Origin: a virus
Direction: 5' to 3' (one strand)
Length of the DNA: 64,000 bases
Virus record (IMG/VR): IMGVR_UViG_3300042306_000227
Coordinates: 9,268 to 73,267 of that record
Below are positions 49,152-58,959 of this stretch, one piece after another. The notes beneath the pieces were generated by a model. That model was given only the letters and a program-made list of their open reading frames with translations, was not told the origin of the DNA and did not search any database. Within the stretch, counting starts at the first letter, position 1; each line of letters opens with the position of its first letter. The position numbers and the translations under genes are program-made.

Positions 49152-49545
49152 ATATTTCTATTTGAAGTATGTCTTCCTTTTCTTTATGGTAGTACGATTC
49201 ATAAACAATAGAGCTTATGTGTTTTACATTATCATCCTTTACAAGGCTAGAGCCTTTCGCATAATCTAAAAACACCTTGCTCCAAAAACCTAATCTATTC
49301 TCTATATCAAATGTAGTCTTATTTGATGAATACGTATACTTGATTAGTAGCTTGTTCTTTGTCTTCTTATTAAATAACTTCCTGTCTATAAATAATGATA
49401 GAGCTTTCTTTGCCTTGTCAACAACACCTTTCCTTACACTCCAATGAGTATTAGAATAGAAAAGATTCATAGATGTGTATCTCTTCTTCCTGCTAACGAT
49501 AAAGTAGCTAGGTATATTGTTTATTGTGACATTAAATTTTCTCAT
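49096..49545 (-). CDS. RusA-like Holliday junction resolvase
   Basis: SMN..HW..FDIEN..KVFLD..VKDDN; start moved to ATG 49545, after the terminator. Confidence 0.65.
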   Translation of the reverse strand: MRKFNVTINNIPSYFIVSRKKRYTSMNLFYSNTHWSVRKGVVDKAKKALSLFIDRKLFNKKTKNKLLIKYTYSSNKTTFDIENRLGFWSKVFLDYAKGSSLVKDDNVKHISSIVYESYYHKEKEDILQIEIYDIPSKGDIGDTIGEDSV

Positions 49546-49573
49546 AAAAAGAAGGGGATGCCAAAGCACCCCC
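49546..49573 (-). terminator. Intrinsic terminator after the SSB-like gene
   Basis: Minus strand GGGGTGC-tttg-GCATCCCC-TTCTTTTT. Confidence 0.65.
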
Positions 49574-49637
49574 ATTACTTAAATTTTAGTTAATTGTAGT
49601 CTATCTATTAATTGTTGTATCAATGGATAGATTTTAA

Positions 49638-49889
49638 TTAGAACCCCAAGTCATCATTAACTACAGGCTGATAAGCAGGCTTAGCTGCAGCAGGTGCTTG
49701 CTTCTCTTCAGCTAACTCAACTAATCCACCTAAGAAGGCTGTACCTGTCTTAGATTGCTTTAGCCATAAAGCTGTTCTGTACTTTACTCCATTGATTTCT
49801 AAGCTTCCGCTGTAGTCAGGACTCTTTTCTGATTTCTTGTCTGCGTTTTTAAAAATCGCAATTGTGTTTTGGTTTTTTACTTCTGCCAT
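49638..49889 (-). CDS. ssDNA-binding protein-like (DUF736-type)
   Basis: IFKN..KSPDYSG..ALW; acidic aromatic tail DDLGF. Confidence 0.7.
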   Translation of the reverse strand: MAEVKNQNTIAIFKNADKKSEKSPDYSGSLEINGVKYRTALWLKQSKTGTAFLGGLVELAEEKQAPAAAKPAYQPVVNDDLGF

Positions 49890-49913
49890 GTTGATTTTAT
49901 TTTTGGTTTAAAA

Positions 49914-50144
49914 TTACTTTGCTGTTATCTTAATAGAGTATCCTGATTTTTCTAGATAGTCTATTATAGATTGTAGTGATACCTTTCTTCTTTCCCCACT
50001 AGCTGTTGTGTATTCTCTAAAAAAATTCACATATGTGTTGTAACATCCTTCAGGAGCTCTTTCACCCTTTGTTTCCATCATTGAATCATACAAGCTAGGG
50101 TAAGCTTTCTTTAATGAACCTTGTGTAAATCCTTCTTTTGCCAT
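49914..50144 (-). CDS. Hypothetical protein
   Basis: 76 aa, coupled. Confidence 0.55.
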   Translation of the reverse strand: MAKEGFTQGSLKKAYPSLYDSMMETKGERAPEGCYNTYVNFFREYTTASGERRKVSLQSIIDYLEKSGYSIKITAK

Positions 50145-50521
50145 TATAATTCTCTTTTAAAATTGAATATTTTTATTATCTTAATATCTGTTAATACTCC
50201 CTTTACGATACTCAACTTTATTTGGTAAAAATGTGTGCCTGGCATAGACGAACAAGATATAGTATCATCAAACAACTGCTTTATCTTGCTAGTTAAACGC
50301 ATCTCCATGGTCTTACCAAATATAGAATGTGGCTTATCTACCAATTCTAATTCATAATCCTGCATGAACATTTGTTTTGACTTAGGATTGAATATGTATA
50401 TATCATACTCGTTATTTAAATCCTTAGTCTGCCATTCAGAAATGGTATCCCAAAATTCATCCTTTTTGATTATTTCAGGAAGCCATTCTGTAGGTATACT
50501 AATCGTGTCATATCTAGACAT
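50144..50521 (-). CDS. Hypothetical protein
   Basis: 125 aa with own promoter (TAGTTTTG, 50547-54). Confidence 0.6.
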   Translation of the reverse strand: MSRYDTISIPTEWLPEIIKKDEFWDTISEWQTKDLNNEYDIYIFNPKSKQMFMQDYELELVDKPHSIFGKTMEMRLTSKIKQLFDDTISCSSMPGTHFYQIKLSIVKGVLTDIKIIKIFNFKREL

Positions 50522-50578
50522 TTTGTTTGCTGTGTTTGTTCTTTTACAAAACTACCCACAAACATTAACATTTTCTAC

Positions 50579-51370
50579 CTATTTTATCCACATTGGTAGC
50601 CCAAGTGTATGAATCTCTTCAACACCTGTCTTTGAGTATCCACTTACAGGATATCCTGCATCCATCCACATCTTAAATTCACCGAGCAATCGTGTTAGTT
50701 CTTGAATACCATAATCAACATAAGCCCTGTCTGCTTGAAAAACTGTTGTGATGTATGGGTAAACACTCTCTACTACTATGTACATAAATGGAGGATACTC
50801 ATCTCTCTCTATTATTCCAAGTTCTCTAAGAGCTAGTGTATACACAGCCGCTTGGATGTAATATTTTTTATTAAAGAAATCTTTAGGCACCTCATTAGGG
50901 TCTGCTGTTTTAGATGTCTTCAACTCTACTATGTATGGATTATCTAACATGTACCCAATACCATCAATGAATCCTCGCATTGGCATAGTCATTATATTAA
51001 TAATGAACTGCTTCTCTGTTTCTTTCATGTTATCAAGAACAGACTTAGCTTTCTTATACGAATACACTGACTCTTGCATGTCCTTTGCTTGTTGCCAAAC
51101 ATCAGGGTCAATAACCTCTAATCCTTTGTTAGCTAATTCAAACTCCTCCTTTGCCTCCTTGTCTGCCTTCTTACGAAGGTCAAACTTAGGAGACACGATG
51201 TATTTAGAAGCCTCTTTTGGTTCCAATATGAGGGTATGGACAAGGCTACCTAACTGCATCTGAGGGGATGTTGTTTTAGGTTGGGTAATATACTTTATGT
51301 AGTGTAGTGGCGATATAGCAAAGTTTGATAACGAGCTAAACGACAATGGTCTTTCGTTAATATCAATCAT
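50579..51370 (-). CDS. Exonuclease VIII-like PD-(D/E)xK nuclease (DUF3799 type)
   Basis: LSFSSL..GSLVHTLILEP..RGFIDG..VELKT..YYIQAAVY. Confidence 0.85.
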   Translation of the reverse strand: MIDINERPLSFSSLSNFAISPLHYIKYITQPKTTSPQMQLGSLVHTLILEPKEASKYIVSPKFDLRKKADKEAKEEFELANKGLEVIDPDVWQQAKDMQESVYSYKKAKSVLDNMKETEKQFIINIMTMPMRGFIDGIGYMLDNPYIVELKTSKTADPNEVPKDFFNKKYYIQAAVYTLALRELGIIERDEYPPFMYIVVESVYPYITTVFQADRAYVDYGIQELTRLLGEFKMWMDAGYPVSGYSKTGVEEIHTLGLPMWIK

Positions 51371-51783
51371 TAGAAAAAGTTTTGTGGTGTAGGTATAGTC
51401 TTACTAGAAGATGCCTGCTCTCCTGATGCGTCTGTGTCTTTATCAGTAACTAAGCCTAACATACTAGATAGGGCGTATCTTCTAAAGTAAGTTACACCTG
51501 AGCCATATGCTTGGTATTCATTCATGCCTCCTAATAATTGTACATATGGTATTGGCGTAGATGACTCTAAGAATTCTTCTGATGGTACATGGTATAGAAT
51601 TGTCTTAATCGTATTATCCTGTAATGGCTGAGATACAACTAATCCATGCTTTTTTAGTAATGGGTTGATAACGCTGTAGATTTTAGGTAAATCTGCATAT
51701 GTGTACTTGTGTCCTATAGTATCTTTATGGATAACAGGGCATTCTTGTTGGAAATCTCCCAACGCTTTCATTAGGTTTTTCAT
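51370..51783 (-). CDS. erf: ERF-family single-strand annealing protein
   Basis: YADL..QAYGSGVTYFRRYALSSMLGLVTDKDTDA. Confidence 0.9.
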   Translation of the reverse strand: MKNLMKALGDFQQECPVIHKDTIGHKYTYADLPKIYSVINPLLKKHGLVVSQPLQDNTIKTILYHVPSEEFLESSTPIPYVQLLGGMNEYQAYGSGVTYFRRYALSSMLGLVTDKDTDASGEQASSSKTIPTPQNFF

Positions 51784-52023
51784 TTACTTGGTTTTATATT
51801 CTTTCTCAATTAATAAATCAATATAGTGCTTTGCCTTCTCTAAATCCTGCAATCCATTCTTAGACTTGTGTCTGCATACATACTTGATAACATTAGCCTC
51901 CATGTATGGTATATTGTTCTCGTATATGAACTCAATAGGCTGAATCTTCATCTTATTGTAATGCGTTCCTCCTATTTGTACCTTTGTTGGTGTTATTTGT
52001 TCATTTTCATCAAAAAACATCAT
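51784..52023 (-). CDS. DUF3310 (T7 gp1.7 / SaV-like) protein
   Basis: QIGGTHY..IQP..NVIKYVCR..KNGLQDLEKAKHY. Confidence 0.85.
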   Translation of the reverse strand: MMFFDENEQITPTKVQIGGTHYNKMKIQPIEFIYENNIPYMEANVIKYVCRHKSKNGLQDLEKAKHYIDLLIEKEYKTK

Positions 52024-52074
52024 AGCTTTTGGTTTAGGTATACAAATATAGTTACTTGATTGTAAACATCCAAA

Positions 52075-52389
52075 TTAATCTATGTATTTTTTCAAAGATT
52101 CTAATATATCCTTGCAATCATCTTCTGTAACTAGACTCATCAATAAAACCACCTCTGATATGTAATGAACTCTATCGTCTTCCATATCTGATTCTATTAA
52201 CGCCTTAGCCCCAGGATTCATAAACCTAATTGCGTTAGACAACTTATTATAATCCTTTATAATTGAGTAACATATGTTCTTGTACTCTGTAGCTATTGGA
52301 TACTGCCTTACGCTTTCTGCATATAAAGCTGACGCTTTCATTAACCTCATTAGAGATGCTATTTCTGCTCCTATTTTATTTACGTTCAT
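52075..52389 (-). CDS. Hypothetical protein
   Basis: 104 aa in the early/middle operon. Confidence 0.55.
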   Translation of the reverse strand: MNVNKIGAEIASLMRLMKASALYAESVRQYPIATEYKNICYSIIKDYNKLSNAIRFMNPGAKALIESDMEDDRVHYISEVVLLMSLVTEDDCKDILESLKKYID

Positions 52390-52485
52390 TGCGAATTTCT
52401 TTTACTCTTATATAAACATAGATTCCCATAAAAATCCAACATATTACTGCTAGTGTTATTTGTAGATACTTAAGCCATTCCATAA

Positions 52486-52761
52486 TTATTCTGTTTTATT
52501 TAAAATGATTTCTAATATTTCAAGAGCCTCTCTTGGATGCTGTTCCTTGTACATGTCAATGCCAATCTCATATCTGCTAATTATCTGCCTGTTAACAAAA
52601 TTCTCAGTGAATAGTGAATCGTTTACAGATATAAGCCTGTTATTTTCAGCCTCTAGCTCAGCTATTTTAGCTTCTAGCTTTTTGCTAGTCATCTCTGAGT
52701 AACAGCTTATCAAAAACACAATGCATATAATTAGCCAAAAATATTTTGAATTTATTTTCAT
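52486..52761 (-). CDS. Membrane-anchored coiled-coil protein
   Basis: N-terminal hydrophobic helix followed by heptads. Confidence 0.55.
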   Translation of the reverse strand: MKINSKYFWLIICIVFLISCYSEMTSKKLEAKIAELEAENNRLISVNDSLFTENFVNRQIISRYEIGIDMYKEQHPREALEILEIILNKTE

Positions 52762-53022
52762 ATAGACTTAATTATCCGCTTAACTTCAAAGATAACATGT
52801 GCTGTCAAATACAAAGTACAAGCCAATGGCACAGATACTAGAAGGAAAAATGATAGTTGTCCTGCTTTCTTTATAAGATGTTTCATAGTCTTAGATTTCA
52901 ATTGTGAATACAAAACACCCAATCATAATATGCCAAGAATCCCAATATACTACATGGAATCCAAATCCTTTTACGATGTCAATGGCTACTTTCTTTGTGT
53001 TTAATAGGTTTTTCATTTGTGT

Positions 53023-53268
53023 TTATTTTATTATTCTGAATATGAACTCTCTGTTTTCTTCAATGAACCTCTTTCGTTTTATTGGGTTTAATGAATTCTT
53101 AATAGTCTCATGGTTTATGCCTGTTCTTCTACTAGCATCACATATTGACTTGTAGCTCACTTCCTGCTTCGTGTCCAAGTATATTTTCCTCACAGGTATC
53201 CTGTTCTCCAATCCCTTTACTTCCATCATTTTCATTTTCTTTTTCGTATATTTTTCTAATGTTATCAA
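53023..53268 (-). CDS. NUMOD1-like DNA-binding protein
   Basis: YKSICDASRRTGINHETI; true start probably ~53235. Confidence 0.65.
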   Translation of the reverse strand: MITLEKYTKKKMKMMEVKGLENRIPVRKIYLDTKQEVSYKSICDASRRTGINHETIKNSLNPIKRKRFIEENREFIFRIIK

Positions 53269-53731
53269 TCACGTGCTGATATCTAAGTGCAAATGGTTGA
53301 CTAGTTGACAATAGGTCATCAAAAGTTTTTATCCCATGAATAACAGTTGTATGGTCATATCCTTTATAGAATTTTGATTGCAACTCTGAACCTATTTCTT
53401 TAAGGTTATAGCCCATTAATCTTGCTATTTTAAAGTAGATAAATCTATACTCAGTAGCATCTCTACTTCTTAATATAGATGTTATTCTAATTAGCTTCCT
53501 GTTTATCTTTCTATCTCCAAACTCACGCTCCATTATATCATTGATTACATTTACCAATTCATATAATTTTATTCTAGGCAAATAACTCCTGTCATCATAT
53601 AGAGTAATAACATGGGGCGTGTATCCTATCTTTTCATGGAACTCTTTTTTAAACCTGCTAATTAACCTGTCTTCTAGTGTTTTTTTGTACAGCTTAGTAA
53701 CTTCTTCTAAGTACTCATTTTCACTAATCAT
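53138..53731 (-). CDS. DnaA domain IV (Bac_DnaA_C)-containing protein
   Basis: RSRD..YR..LKEIG..DHTTVIHG signature; promoter TAATTTTG at 53743-50. Confidence 0.8.
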   Translation of the reverse strand: MISENEYLEEVTKLYKKTLEDRLISRFKKEFHEKIGYTPHVITLYDDRSYLPRIKLYELVNVINDIMEREFGDRKINRKLIRITSILRSRDATEYRFIYFKIARLMGYNLKEIGSELQSKFYKGYDHTTVIHGIKTFDDLLSTSQPFALRYQHVIDNIRKIYEKENENDGSKGIGEQDTCEENILGHEAGSELQVNM

Positions 53732-53779
53732 CGCTTTTTTTTCAAAATTAAGTAAATGTTGTATACAAACAAAATATAT

Positions 53780-55582
53780 CTAGAAATTTATTTCTGATTG
53801 TATATTGTTATGCGATGCTAATGGGAATAATCCATATTGGTCAATGAATCCAACACGAGTATACCTGAACTCAATAGGCTCTTTGTATTTACCTTTTACT
53901 AATCCATACAATTGGTCTCTATCAGTCTTGGCTACATAAACAGAGCATCCGTTATTTTTTATACCACCATCCACATCATCATAGCTGTGTCTGTGTACGC
54001 ATATGAATTGGTCTGCCTTGTTGTATAGCATTGAACCCATCTCTGCATGTGCAGGTGTAGGCATCCTGTCCTCTCTCTGAGACTCGGTATTCGTATGTGC
54101 TGTTAACCAAAGGTTTATACCTGTTTTCAATGAGTAGTTCCTGAACTGAGTGTACGCATCAATCACAGCGTTATATCTTTCCTTACCTGCTAGCTTAAGA
54201 TAATTGAATGGGTCAATCAACGCACCATCAATTGAATGCACCTGTCTAACCTTATCAATTAAATCAAGCACCTGATACGGCTCAAGTAAATCCTCATTCT
54301 TCAGGATGATGAATCTATTGCTTACCCACTTATTAGATTTAATAATCTCCTCCTCCTTGCTATCTTCAATTCTCTTTCCTAGATAGTATTGATTAAGAAT
54401 CAATCTAACGCTCTCAACAGAATTCTCACCACAATAAACAGCCCATTTCCAATTGTGTAGTCTAGCGGCTAAGTTCAAAAACCATAACGCAAAAGAAGTC
54501 TTACCGCTATGCCCATGACCTAAAACTACCGTCAACGCCTTCTTTATAAACTTAAAGTGTGGGTCTAACTCTTGATAACCACAATCTAATCCTTTATCAA
54601 ACTCACCTCTCTTGTACTTTAGAAGAAAGTCTAAGCCTTCCTGTTCTGTCTGTATGAACTTATATAAATCCTCCTCTCTCATAGACTCTTGAAGGGACAT
54701 CTTTATAAACTCATCTTGTATCTCTACCAAGGGAGATAGTAATCCATGCTCTAATCCGTTATTTAAAGTGATTTTAGCGGCCTTGTAGTCATCTTCACCC
54801 AATTCGTGTCTGCGTGTCTCTAATGCACCTAAAAGGGCTTGTACGCCTATATCCTCCTGAACTAAACCACCTGCTATGAATCCACCAAGTAGCCTTCCTG
54901 CCTTCAACATCTTATGATTTCGCTCTCCTTCCTTAGCATTCAGGAATAGATTACATACCATCTCTAGCTTTCTAAAGTCTGTTTTAGTAGCTAGTGTTGG
55001 CTCTGATGGTAATATCAATCTCTCCTCTCTGATTATATCTGTGAATATTAAGCTCTCCTCATTCACATGGATATCAGGGTCATGGCTCACAAATAATAAT
55101 CTAGATATGTTACTACATGCAGGGTCAATGCCATCATACTTACTGATAATAGCTCTGTAATGTGCTGAGTAATCCTCCTGTGATTGTATTCTCATTAAGC
55201 AATGGATTCCTTTACCAGAAGATGAACGCCAGATAGCTAAGATAAATGGGTCTGCCTTTAGCATATCTATCTTATCCTGTATCTCTTCATCTGTAGAATC
55301 CTTCATGTCAAAGTCTAATGGAGCTAACCCTGAGTAGTGACTGATACCTTCGTTAGTTCTATCTCCTGCCTTAAACTGACCTCCCCATATGATTGCAGGA
55401 AGTTCTTTCTTATTTAACACACCATTCTTTACCTGAGAAACCTTATCAGCCCATCTACCTATCTTAATCCATGTCAATGCATTGGCTACTGATATATATT
55501 TCACATCATTAGTCTTCAACATACTAGGATAAATGCTTATTAAACTCTCTAAAATATTGTTCTCTGTTATAGTATTACTCAT
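53780..55582 (-). CDS. Primase-helicase fusion (BT4734/VirE-N primase + PriCT-like + SF4 helicase)
   Basis: KKELPAI..LDFD..SSSGKGIH; GERN; Walker A GHGHSGKT; LIDPFN; LTAH; NKAD. Confidence 0.85.
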   Translation of the reverse strand: MSNTITENNILESLISIYPSMLKTNDVKYISVANALTWIKIGRWADKVSQVKNGVLNKKELPAIIWGGQFKAGDRTNEGISHYSGLAPLDFDMKDSTDEEIQDKIDMLKADPFILAIWRSSSGKGIHCLMRIQSQEDYSAHYRAIISKYDGIDPACSNISRLLFVSHDPDIHVNEESLIFTDIIREERLILPSEPTLATKTDFRKLEMVCNLFLNAKEGERNHKMLKAGRLLGGFIAGGLVQEDIGVQALLGALETRRHELGEDDYKAAKITLNNGLEHGLLSPLVEIQDEFIKMSLQESMREEDLYKFIQTEQEGLDFLLKYKRGEFDKGLDCGYQELDPHFKFIKKALTVVLGHGHSGKTSFALWFLNLAARLHNWKWAVYCGENSVESVRLILNQYYLGKRIEDSKEEEIIKSNKWVSNRFIILKNEDLLEPYQVLDLIDKVRQVHSIDGALIDPFNYLKLAGKERYNAVIDAYTQFRNYSLKTGINLWLTAHTNTESQREDRMPTPAHAEMGSMLYNKADQFICVHRHSYDDVDGGIKNNGCSVYVAKTDRDQLYGLVKGKYKEPIEFRYTRVGFIDQYGLFPLASHNNIQSEINF

Positions 55583-55752
55583 AGTATAGTATGTATTATT
55601 ATTAATGTATTATTCCTTGTATTATTCATTGTATTATTATGGTAGAAAATTTTTTCATGGGGGTATGAAGTTTTTTTCAGGGGGGTATAGAAAATTTCTT
55701 CATGGGGGTATAGAAATTATTTTCAGGGGGTACTAGAAGATTTTTTCCTACC
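55583..55752. promoter_or_regulatory. Putative replication origin: five iterons plus AT-rich unwinding element
   Basis: Five ~22-bp repeats (minus strand, approx. TGAAAAAATTTTCTATACCCCC) next to AATAATACA x4; lies between the initiator and primase-helicase genes. Confidence 0.7.
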
Positions 55753-56052
55753 CATTGGCTTAGCATACACATTTGTATCAGCCAACATAATATACCTTTT
55801 TGAGTATCCTTCTACATCTGCCCTCTCATAGTTTACAATGATATGACCTGCTCCTTTTAACTCGTTAATCCAATTTGTGATGGTTCTGTTAGACACCTTG
55901 TATAATGTGCTAAAGTATGTGTTGTTTGCCCAACAATAGCCCTTTTCATTGCATAGGGCTGTGATTTCCCCATACAATAGCTTAGAATTGGGCGTTAGCT
56001 TCTTATCATACCTGACAGATGCAGGTATAATAGCATAGTACGACTTGTCCAT
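55723..56052 (-). CDS. Replication initiator N-terminal HTH (HTH_36 / replisome-organiser type)
   Basis: YYAIIPASVRYD..KLLYGEITALCN..GYCWANNTYF..RTITNWINEL. Confidence 0.85.
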   Translation of the reverse strand: MDKSYYAIIPASVRYDKKLTPNSKLLYGEITALCNEKGYCWANNTYFSTLYKVSNRTITNWINELKGAGHIIVNYERADVEGYSKRYIMLADTNVYAKPMGRKKSSSTP

Positions 56053-56054
56053 AC

Positions 56055-56279
56055 TTATTTGTTTTGGTTATAGGTTTCGCTGTAGTATTGATTAAAAGAT
56101 TTATTCCAAGAATTATCTCTAAATGCATTCAATAGCTGCTCTCTTTCTTTTTCAAGTGCTACTAGTTTTCTTTCACATAAAAAATCAATAAGACCTGATG
56201 TTTGGGTATCTCCTGCATCCTTTGATGCTTTTGATAATGATTCAAATTCTTCAAATAGTAATTGCATTGCTGTTTTCAT
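56055..56279 (-). CDS. Hypothetical phage protein
   Basis: MKTAMQ..EKEREQL..QYYSETY. Confidence 0.6.
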   Translation of the reverse strand: MKTAMQLLFEEFESLSKASKDAGDTQTSGLIDFLCERKLVALEKEREQLLNAFRDNSWNKSFNQYYSETYNQNK

Positions 56280-56281
56280 AG

Positions 56282-56608
56282 TTATTTGTTTAATAGTTTA
56301 TCAAGCCTTATACTAAGTACAGCATTCTTGCGCATTAACTCCTCGCTCAGCTTCTTGTATTTGTTCTTGTTTCTAGATATACCCTCTATAGTGGTTTTAA
56401 GAGCTAGAACATACTCATCCTGTCTATTCCTTACCCCATTCTTTTTAAGAGTAGCATTCTCATCCTTTAACTCTGCTATCTCTGATTCTAGAATGCCTAC
56501 CTGAAAGCCATAATCCTTTATCTGCCTATGTAACTCTGCAATGACCTCATCCTTTGAGTATACTCGTTTTACCTGTAGCAATACCTCTCTTTCGGTAAAT
56601 GATTTCAT
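56282..56608 (-). CDS. Coiled-coil hypothetical protein
   Basis: Heptad repeats; coupled. Confidence 0.6.
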   Translation of the reverse strand: MKSFTEREVLLQVKRVYSKDEVIAELHRQIKDYGFQVGILESEIAELKDENATLKKNGVRNRQDEYVLALKTTIEGISRNKNKYKKLSEELMRKNAVLSIRLDKLLNK

Positions 56609-56724
56609 GATTGATATATCAGTTTTCTTAGTTGTTTAATTAGAATCTCTCTCTGTGCTTCTAGGATTGCCAATGCCTTCTTTACCTGCTCAATGTCGTT
56701 CATGTCTATATTCATATCAAAAAA

Positions 56725-57132
56725 TTAAGATTGCAAATCTAATGCATTGCTTAATTCATCTTCTATTTTAGACACGAATAATTTATAATTATTAATTGCA
56801 TACACTGAATTGGGGTTAGATGCCATGTAACTAATTGATTGACAGCTCACTCCTAAATAGTTAGCCAAATGGGAAACTTTTATGGCGTACCTATTTATAA
56901 GTATAAAAACTATCATCTTTTTTGCTTGCTTGGCATCTGATGATTTTCTCCATGAAATGATTTCTTCCACAGAAACATTATAAATTTCAGTAATACGATT
57001 GACAACATATTGAATAATTTTTTGATGAATGTCATCATCCCCAATTTTCTTGAGGATGACAACACATCTTTTATTATCCTTTAGGCATTCTTGCTTTAGC
57101 TCATCAATAAGCCTTTGGATTTTGTCTGACAT
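56725..57132 (-). CDS. Second DnaA domain IV-like HTH protein
   Basis: YNVSVEEIISWRKS..AKKMIVFIL..LANYLGVSCQSISY; start moved to ATG 57132. Confidence 0.6.
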   Translation of the reverse strand: MSDKIQRLIDELKQECLKDNKRCVVILKKIGDDDIHQKIIQYVVNRITEIYNVSVEEIISWRKSSDAKQAKKMIVFILINRYAIKVSHLANYLGVSCQSISYMASNPNSVYAINNYKLFVSKIEDELSNALDLQS

Positions 57133-57425
57133 TAGATTGTTATTTTGATACATTTAACTACAGACTTGGTTTTCTTTGGCTCTCTTTCTAGGATATTAGC
57201 TGATAGCCTGTTACCCCATTTTTTAACCACCACAAACCTTTCATTGCTCACAGGTTCCTCAAACATCAGGTCAAACTTGCTCCTATGCTTGTTGTGGTGC
57301 TGTTTGCCATCAGACTTGTTCCATGCTAGGAATGATTTTTGTCCTGCTACTAAACCTAAAATTAGGTCTTTTGTCTCTCCGATTTGGTTAACTTGTAAAC
57401 CATTTTTTGTTCTTAGATTTTTCAT
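57132..57425 (-). CDS. Hypothetical protein
   Basis: 97 aa, A-rich start region. Confidence 0.55.
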   Translation of the reverse strand: MKNLRTKNGLQVNQIGETKDLILGLVAGQKSFLAWNKSDGKQHHNKHRSKFDLMFEEPVSNERFVVVKKWGNRLSANILEREPKKTKSVVKCIKITI

Positions 57426-57579
57426 TTGTTTTTATTTTTTGGTTAATGAAAATTATTGTTTTAAGAAATAGTACATCAATCCGAATATGAAATACATGGG
57501 TATCATCATCCATATATTATCAGATGCGCTTATGTCTTTGTCCCATAGAAACGCACCAATACCCAATGCTATTGCGACC

Positions 57580-57870
57580 TCAATCACCTTTTTTATTTTC
57601 TTCATCCTTGAATATGTTTTTTAAAATTTCCTCACCTTCCATCTCTCGTTCAAATTGCCTGTAGCCATCGTTCATAGATAGTGTCATTGCTTTGCTTAAT
57701 ACTAGCAAATCAATTACGCTCTTACCTGATAAATCGCTACATGCTTTGATTAGATGCGATGCTTGTAAACATCTTACCTTTTTAAACTGCTCGTCTTTTG
57801 ACATAACTGCTTCTAGTGTTAGCTGTGATGCTATGCTGACAATTAGTTCAACGCCTTTCAAATTCTCCAT
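57580..57870 (-). CDS. Hypothetical protein
   Basis: 96 aa. Confidence 0.5.
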   Translation of the reverse strand: MENLKGVELIVSIASQLTLEAVMSKDEQFKKVRCLQASHLIKACSDLSGKSVIDLLVLSKAMTLSMNDGYRQFEREMEGEEILKNIFKDEENKKGD

Positions 57871-58036
57871 TGTTGTATGTTGTGTTATTAATTAATCCTG
57901 TTCCTTTGCAATCTTTACATTCGTATGCTTTTTCATAATCTAAACCTTGCTCCTCACTTCCTGCATAGTCTAAATAGAATCCATCACCCTTGCATGTGGG
58001 ACATGTGATTGTGATTTGTACATGCGCTTGTTTCAT
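57848..58036 (-). CDS. DnaJ-type zinc finger protein
   Basis: CPTCKGDG..CKDCKGTG. Confidence 0.7.
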   Translation of the reverse strand: MKQAHVQITITCPTCKGDGFYLDYAGSEEQGLDYEKAYECKDCKGTGLINNTTYNNGEFERR

Positions 58037-58230
58037 GATGTTTCGTTTATTTCGTTTAAGAATGCTTTTTCTTTGATAGGGTCACTCACCCATAGGTTAT
58101 ATAACTCCTCTAGTTGTTTATATCTATCTTCTGAATACCACGCATTGTGATACAATTCTGCGATAAATATTTGTCTTTCTCTAGGTGTCAAATCTGTGAA
58201 TGTTGATACCTGTTGTTTTAATATGCTCAT
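58033..58230 (-). CDS. Hypothetical early protein
   Basis: 65 aa, coupled. Confidence 0.55.
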   Translation of the reverse strand: MSILKQQVSTFTDLTPRERQIFIAELYHNAWYSEDRYKQLEELYNLWVSDPIKEKAFLNEINETS

Positions 58231-58237
58231 TGTTTTT

Positions 58238-58540
58238 TTAATTTAAATTGTCAAATGCCCTGTTAATTATATCGTTTATTGCTTGGATGTTAGGCTTATG
58301 TTCATCCTCATCAAAATCAATTGTATTGATTAACTCTTTAGCACGATGATTGATGATAGTTATGGCTGTCTGTATCTCTGCATCATCCCATAGTTGTTCT
58401 ATCTTAGTGACATACAGGATGGATGTTATTACAGCATCCATGAAATCATTGTAGTCATCATCGTTCTGAATAGCTACATCTACTACTATCTTAGTTAATA
58501 TATTTATCAGGACTTCCTGACCTGTCATGCTCATGCTCAT
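58238..58540 (-). CDS. Acidic hypothetical early protein
   Basis: 100 aa, Asp-rich. Confidence 0.55.
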   Translation of the reverse strand: MSMSMTGQEVLINILTKIVVDVAIQNDDDYNDFMDAVITSILYVTKIEQLWDDAEIQTAITIINHRAKELINTIDFDEDEHKPNIQAINDIINRAFDNLN

Positions 58541-58752
58541 ACGATATGATTTATTTTTTTATACTTGTTGTTACATAAATTCACTACAGAAAAATACAAT
58601 ACATCATTCTCATGAACTCCCATGTCACTAAACACCCACCACTTGTCATGTCCCTGATTATTGTATTCATGTGTAGCATAATACTTGTTCTCATCCATTG
58701 ATACTTCAAAATGTTCTTTGGTATCAATCTTAATTAAATTTACTTTGTCCAT
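58537..58752 (-). CDS. Hypothetical early protein
   Basis: Start moved to ATG 58752, just after the upstream stop. Confidence 0.5.
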   Translation of the reverse strand: MDKVNLIKIDTKEHFEVSMDENKYYATHEYNNQGHDKWWVFSDMGVHENDVLYFSVVNLCNNKYKKINHIV

Positions 58753-58753
58753 G

Positions 58754-58957
58754 TTAATTGGTTTTTGTTGCGATGAATAAAATATGTACATAAGGTGAAT
58801 CATAAGGTACATTCAATTGGTCACATACTTGGTTCCATGACTCAATGTCTTGTACAAAATCTTCAGGATATAGTGTAAGATACTTTGGTGTGGGAGCTAT
58901 GTCCCACTTGCCAATAGTTAATACTTTCTGCTGTTGCTCTGTTAAAAATTTTTCCAT
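58754..58957 (-). CDS. Hypothetical early protein
   Basis: 67 aa. Confidence 0.55.
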   Translation of the reverse strand: MEKFLTEQQQKVLTIGKWDIAPTPKYLTLYPEDFVQDIESWNQVCDQLNVPYDSPYVHILFIATKTN

Positions 58958-58959
58958 GT

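Noticed and set aside
55583-55725. Programmed frameshift fusing initiator and primase-helicase
   Set aside because: All three frames stop within the iterons; several shifts would be needed
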